Shown piece after piece: positions 59,013 to 64,000 of a stretch of DNA of 64,000 bases. The translations under genes were made by a program, and so were the position numbers. Origin of the DNA: Minisyncoccia bacterium (GTDB lineage Bacteria; Patescibacteriota; Minisyncoccia; Phycocordibacterales; UBA1006). The stretch lies in contig JBGATS010000004.1 of NCBI GenBank assembly GCA_044229075.1, forward strand, positions 878 through 64,877. Reading direction: 5' to 3'. The notes under the pieces are model-generated. The model did not search any database and was not told the origin of the DNA. It saw only the letters and a list, made by a program, of their open reading frames with translations. Position 1 is the first letter of the stretch. Every line of letters starts with the position of its first letter.

Positions 59013-60101
59013 TTAATATAATATTGGCGTTTTAATACCACGAAACTCTAGGTGAAGATGGGGACCAGTTGATCGTCCTGTGTTTCCTGATTCACCAATT
59101 TTTTGACCCTGGGAAACGCGTTGGCCAGCCTCGACACTGATCGAGCTCTGGTGTGCGTACAGTGATTGCGACCCATTATCATGTTGGATAATGGTTAAAC
59201 CACCGTATCCACCATTATAGCCAGAGGCTTTTGCCACGAGTACCACACCATCAGCGGCAGCAACAATCGTGGTTCCTACAGGGGCACCAATATCAACCGC
59301 GTTATACGGCCCGTGGAATCCTTGAGTTTTTATACCACGCATTGGTTTGATGAAATATCCTTGTGCGGCAGATGAATCCTTTGTGTTCCCTGAAATTTTT
59401 GCCATTGTTTTCTTATACAATGAATCAGTTGATTTTCCTCCTTTTGTTTTTTCAGGTGAAGTATTTTTTGTAATTTTCGGAGAAGAAAAAGTAATATCTC
59501 CGTCGGGAACAATAATGGTTGTTCCTGTGGTAAGTCTTTCGTTTTTCTCGATATTGTTATAGGAAGCAACCTCGTCAATATCCGCTTTATATTTTTTTGC
59601 AATAGCTGCAATAGTGTCGCCTTTTACAACAATATGTTTCACACCAGTAATTGGTAAGATTACTAATGATTGTCCGACACGAACCGTTGCTTTTGGTGGG
59701 ATACTGTTCGCCCAGCGGATAGTGTTTGTTGATACATTGAAACGATCAGCGATTTCTGAAAGTGTGTCTCCAGACTGAACAACATAGGTAGTGATCGTGT
59801 CTCGTGAAGGAACATCAATATCCTGTTCATCATAAATATTAATCGACGCAACAAATGCATCCTGGTCTGTAGTAATAATTGATGACTCTATAGGAGTTAA
59901 TGTCATTGGTGAAAATCGCGCCTGGAGAATAGGAAGTGTTTGTGTAGTTTCTGTTCGAACACCTTGCGCCGATGCGCGATTATTCATCCATCCAGCAAAA
60001 ACATGCTGAGGAATATATATCCCAGCAATAATACCGCCTATAACGAGCCCTATAACACCTCTCCCAATGATTTGTTTTTTGTTTTGTAAAAAAGATTGAA
60101 T
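59013..60101 (-). CDS. LysM x2 plus M23 peptidase; start uncertain (first ATG 59987, frame open to 60119)
   Basis: YVVQSGDTLSEIA, AVDIGA, YAH, GNTGRSTGPHLHLE; upstream in-frame signal-like segment. Confidence 0.88.
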   Translation of the reverse strand: MQSFLQNKKQIIGRGVIGLVIGGIIAGIYIPQHVFAGWMNNRASAQGVRTETTQTLPILQARFSPMTLTPIESSIITTDQDAFVASINIYDEQDIDVPSRDTITTYVVQSGDTLSEIADRFNVSTNTIRWANSIPPKATVRVGQSLVILPITGVKHIVVKGDTIAAIAKKYKADIDEVASYNNIEKNERLTTGTTIIVPDGDITFSSPKITKNTSPEKTKGGKSTDSLYKKTMAKISGNTKDSSAAQGYFIKPMRGIKTQGFHGPYNAVDIGAPVGTTIVAAADGVVLVAKASGYNGGYGGLTIIQHDNGSQSLYAHQSSISVEAGQRVSQGQKIGESGNTGRSTGPHLHLEFRGIKTPILY

Positions 60102-60380
60102 AAGCCAAAGAAGAATAAACTACCTAAAAATGACCAGAAAAAGATACTTTTGTGTATATAATTGTGTTTTTTAGATAATTTTTTACAAGAATTACCGAGA
60201 ACAGCCAGAACTATCGTGCCTCATATCCAGAACCGGGTTTCCCCGAACACTTCTACCAGGTTACCACAGAAAATACCCCCATCAAGTAAAAAGTATCATT
60301 ACAAAACTATATATAAACTTTGTCAAATATTGTGTTCTGTGTCTTTTAAAAACCCTTTTATGTTATACTATTGTCTATCT

Positions 60381-61205
60381 ATGCCTCTTCCTGTTATTCC
60401 AAAAAATTCTCTCGGTCAGAACTTTCTCAATTCTGACCGAGTTGTCACCAGAATTATTGACGCTGCAAACCCTGCTGCGGACGACTTGATATTGGAAATT
60501 GGTCCGGGATTAGGGGTTATCACTAAAAAGTTGTTACAGACTGCAGGGAAAGTAGTCGCCGTGGAGAAAGATCCTCATTTATACACTATTTTATCTGATC
60601 AATTCTCGAAAGAGATATCCGACGGTGTTTTGGAACTTATTTCTGGAGACATTCTTGATTTTGATCCAACTATTTTTCAGTCGCCCAAATATGCTGGCTT
60701 TCACTATAAAATAGCGGCGAATATCCCCTACAATATCACCGGACTCATTATTCGAAAGTTTCTCAGCGCGTCCTACCAACCAGAAACTATGGTGCTCCTC
60801 ATTCAAAAAGAGGTCGCCGACCGTATTATTGCTCGTGACGGGAAAGAATCTCTCTTATCATTGAGCGTAAAACTCTATGGAATCCCGAAACTAGTCACTA
60901 ATGTTTCACGAGGAAATTTTAATCCACCGCCGCGTGTTGATTCTGCGGTTATCCAAATTACTCATATTTCACGAATCCATTTTCCTAAAAAAGCATGTGA
61001 AGACTTGTTTTTCAAAATCATCCACGCAGGATTTGCTCATAAACGAAAAGTACTCTTGAAAAATTTGGTCGAAGCAAGTATTACGTCACGTGAAATCTTG
61101 GGAAAAATATTTACCGAAAGAAATCTCTCGGTGACAATTCGCGCGGAAGACTTGAAATTAGAAGACTGGATTTTTATTACTAATATAGTGTATACTACTC
61201 CCTAA
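60381..61205 (+). CDS. rsmA: 16S rRNA dimethyltransferase KsgA
   Basis: SLGQNFL, EIGPGLG, ANIPYNIT, FNPPPRVDS. Confidence 0.97.
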   Translation: MPLPVIPKNSLGQNFLNSDRVVTRIIDAANPAADDLILEIGPGLGVITKKLLQTAGKVVAVEKDPHLYTILSDQFSKEISDGVLELISGDILDFDPTIFQSPKYAGFHYKIAANIPYNITGLIIRKFLSASYQPETMVLLIQKEVADRIIARDGKESLLSLSVKLYGIPKLVTNVSRGNFNPPPRVDSAVIQITHISRIHFPKKACEDLFFKIIHAGFAHKRKVLLKNLVEASITSREILGKIFTERNLSVTIRAEDLKLEDWIFITNIVYTTP

Positions 61206-61206
61206 T

Positions 61207-62148
61207 ATGAATACAACGTTGTCACCATTACCTGAACAGAATCCTGTTCCCCTATCAACACCACCACAACATCCGTGGGAAAAATATTTACCGAGTCGAA
61301 GAATTCGCCTGATTATTCTAATGCTTGTTATTGGTCTCATCGGGTATGGATTATGGAAACCTGTTTCGCGTATCGTAAAAAGTTTTTTTTCAAAAGATGT
61401 TTCAGTAATGGATTCATTATTGCAAACACCTGTTACGGAACAACCAGTAACACAACTATCCATTGATAAAGATACTGATGGTGACGGTCTCGCAGATTGG
61501 CAAGAAACCCTTATTGGAACTGATCCAGAAATTCCAAACTCTGAATCAGAAATCCCGAAGGAATTGCGTGAAATTATTACCGAAAAAACTTCCGGGATTA
61601 TTACTACTGAGGATAAACTTGCATTAAATGTGTACCAACGACTTCTCTCGGAGCCAGTTGGTGAAAATATTAATCAGGCAATCCAAGCCGCCACTACAAA
61701 GGAACTACTTGATTTAGCAAACACAATTGAACAAGGGGCGCCCCAATATGGATATGACGACCTGGACTTGGTTGATATGACCAATGAATCAAAATCTACC
61801 TATCAAAGAGAAATACAGCAAATACAAAAATCCTTAACTGTATCAAAAGAAACTCTTGCAGCAATCTATACTGCATTATTAAAAAATGAAAAAACAACTC
61901 TGTTAACCAGTATTCAGTTAGGTATTACCCAACAGATTACTCGGCTACTGGAAATGCCAGTACCCCTCTCCTTTGCTGATCAGCATTTAATCGTGATCAA
62001 CACACTTTCAAAGGCAAATACTGTATTTTCTTCACCTGTTTCAGATAGTTCAATGGTATATGCAAAAGTCCTTGCTTTCCAAAAAAACAACAATGCCCTG
62101 GTCGATGCGTTAATAAACATTAATAGTTTATTGCAAATAAAAAATTAA
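61207..62148 (+). CDS. Membrane-anchored hypothetical protein with Ca-binding DxDGDG motif
   Basis: One TM, then DKDTDGDGLADWQETLIGTDP. Confidence 0.75.
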   Translation: MNTTLSPLPEQNPVPLSTPPQHPWEKYLPSRRIRLIILMLVIGLIGYGLWKPVSRIVKSFFSKDVSVMDSLLQTPVTEQPVTQLSIDKDTDGDGLADWQETLIGTDPEIPNSESEIPKELREIITEKTSGIITTEDKLALNVYQRLLSEPVGENINQAIQAATTKELLDLANTIEQGAPQYGYDDLDLVDMTNESKSTYQREIQQIQKSLTVSKETLAAIYTALLKNEKTTLLTSIQLGITQQITRLLEMPVPLSFADQHLIVINTLSKANTVFSSPVSDSSMVYAKVLAFQKNNNALVDALININSLLQIKN

Positions 62149-62152
62149 TTTT

Positions 62153-64000
62153 ATGTCTACAAAATTTTTTCAAAAAATTATAAGTGTTTGTTTATTAGCA
62201 ACCTTTCTTCTCCCGAATATTATTTTTGCAGCACCAGTTTCTGATGTTGCAAATACAGCTCAGTCAACTATTAGTGCTGTTTCCGAAACTCTAGGAGTTA
62301 TTAAAGAGTATGGATTAGACACGTTGGCGGTTACGCTTGCTCAAACCATCTCTTCAAAACTTGCGAATAAAATTTTTAATAAAGCAAACGGTGGTGCCAG
62401 TGGGGATAGTTCAGAAAAAAGTTTTATTACTAATTTTTCTGACTATTTTAGTAATCTAAGTAACCAACAAGTTGATAAATTTGTCACTGAATTAGGAATT
62501 TCCAATAATCCATACGCACCTGATATTGTGAAAGGACTTATCACTAGTACCCAAAATCTTGCCCGAGACCAAAGCCCTCTGGAGGCGTTCAATCTCGATC
62601 GAGTCGTTGGGGCAGATTGGAAAGAATTTGCCACAGACGCAAGTGTGGGTGGATGGGACGGTATTCTTGCACTCTCCAACCCTGCGAACACCAATATCGG
62701 AGCAAACATTCTCGCCCAAGAAGAAATAGCGCGAAAAATAGAACAAGCAAAAGAGCTCGAACAAATAAAGCTCACCAGTCCTGGAACACGACCTCAAGGA
62801 AAATGTTCCCTTGACTTTAAACAATATAAAGAAGATATAAACAAAATCAAACAAAACAGAAGTAATCTCGGACCTGATGGGAAACCTATTACAAATGATA
62901 GGGCTACTCCAAGCAACCCAAGAGCAATACCAAGTACTACAAATCTTGGGCCTGATGGGAAACCTGTTGCAGACGACCAAAATACGTTAACTCCATTACA
63001 AGAAAATGTAGCAACAAGTCTTTCTCTTGCAGAAGATTATGGTGGTTGTCTCCAAGAGATGATTAACAACCCTGTTGGTTTAGTAACGAGTGGTATTGAT
63101 AGTGCGCTTGATCAGGCAAGCGACCGTCTCACCCAAGGTGATGAATTAGGCGAACTCATTGGTGGAGTACTCACTACCATGTTATCAACCTTTATTAAAT
63201 CAGGACTCACTGCACTGCAAGCAGATTTCCAATCGAATCGTGGTGTTGGTGGTCCAGAACAGCTGGTAGCCACAAACGGACAAACCATTCCCTGGACACA
63301 GGCACCACAAACAATTATTGACCTGAAGGAGGAATTTCCAGGTGCATTATCTGATACAGAAAAAGAAGTCGAAAATTTAAGAGAGTACATTACCAAAATT
63401 ACGGAAACCACCGAATCCGGGAAAACCTACGCGTCAATGATCACACAGCTGGATCAATGTATTCCTGGTCCAGATCATGGGTATAAGAAACGATTATCAG
63501 CGTATGTCAGCAAACAAACCAAAAGACTTGAAAAAAGAAAAGACAAGGGGAAAAATGCAAAAACAGTAGCAAAAAATAATGCACTCGAAAATATTGACGC
63601 AAGTTTGGACGCTGCAAAACTCTATACCGACCTATTCATGAACAATGATGTTTATAATATTCCTGGGGCAGGAATTATGATCAGCCAAGTAAAAACCATT
63701 GATATCCTGGCAGATCGGTATCAAAACGCAAAATCAGAACTCACCAATAAACAAATCACCCTTAATTTATTATATTCATTGGAGAGCGCACTCCAGACAA
63801 ACCTGAAAAGTATTAAACAATTTATCCCAGGATTACCAGAAAAATTAGTGTTTACTAATACTACCTGGAACAACCTATCAGCTACAGAAAAAAATACACT
63901 GGTAATATGGTCAAAAACAATAGCAAATGTTCCAAAGGAGGCACCATTAACCATTGAAAATTGGAACGCGTTATCGGCAGCACAAAAAAACACAATGATT
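62153..64000 (+). CDS. Large secreted hypothetical protein, truncated by the window's right edge
   Basis: MSTKFFQKIISVCLLATFLLPNIIFA/APV...KEYGLDTLA; internal NLGPDGKP repeat; appears open to the end of the window. Confidence 0.8.
   Translation, partial: MSTKFFQKIISVCLLATFLLPNIIFAAPVSDVANTAQSTISAVSETLGVIKEYGLDTLAVTLAQTISSKLANKIFNKANGGASGDSSEKSFITNFSDYFSNLSNQQVDKFVTELGISNNPYAPDIVKGLITSTQNLARDQSPLEAFNLDRVVGADWKEFATDASVGGWDGILALSNPANTNIGANILAQEEIARKIEQAKELEQIKLTSPGTRPQGKCSLDFKQYKEDINKIKQNRSNLGPDGKPITNDRATPSNPRAIPSTTNLGPDGKPVADDQNTLTPLQENVATSLSLAEDYGGCLQEMINNPVGLVTSGIDSALDQASDRLTQGDELGELIGGVLTTMLSTFIKSGLTALQADFQSNRGVGGPEQLVATNGQTIPWTQAPQTIIDLKEEFPGALSDTEKEVENLREYITKITETTESGKTYASMITQLDQCIPGPDHGYKKRLSAYVSKQTKRLEKRKDKGKNAKTVAKNNALENIDASLDAAKLYTDLFMNNDVYNIPGAGIMISQVKTIDILADRYQNAKSELTNKQITLNLLYSLESALQTNLKSIKQFIPGLPEKLVFTNTTWNNLSATEKNTLVIWSKTIANVPKEAPLTIENWNALSAAQKNTMI

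Noticed and set aside
62443-63993. Minus-strand ORFs and 62617..62814
   Set aside because: Shadows of the large + strand gene starting at 62153
1-64000. Alternative genetic code (UGA=Gly, as in Gracilibacteria/Absconditabacteria)
   Set aside because: Conserved genes are full length under code 11 and TGA ends several plausible genes

Overview
AT-rich bacterial chromosome segment in the standard genetic code. Gene content and style suggest Patescibacteria/CPR, probably Parcubacteria (inference): dispersed single housekeeping genes, rplK without rplA, TrmB-like regulators and large unknown surface proteins. Core genes are tig, clpP, rny, hup, pcrA, tsaE, argS, tmk, thyA, rplK, nusG, secE, a Xer recombinase, xth, pyrG, rpsP, cca, yraN, rpsO, comM, rsmA and three tRNAs. 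They are interleaved with AT-rich accessory genes that each carry their own promoter and terminator. Main observations: (1) four accessory genes share a conserved, covarying structured 5' leader; together with two other genes, several of them encode proteins with Bacteroidota-style export signals, including a T9SS sorting domain, whereas core genes look leaderless. (2) A family of five co-oriented hairpins has a fixed apex (CCTGCGGCG) and base (AATAC) but variable stems. (3) Thirteen parS sites cluster at 50-53 kb, ten of them inside the cca and yraN coding sequences. (4) Several genes have near-start frameshifts, a tandem duplication or no canonical start codon. (5) There are several candidate small structured RNAs. 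All calls are by eye; no database searches were run. Many start coordinates were moved downstream from the ORF track to the more plausible ATG.
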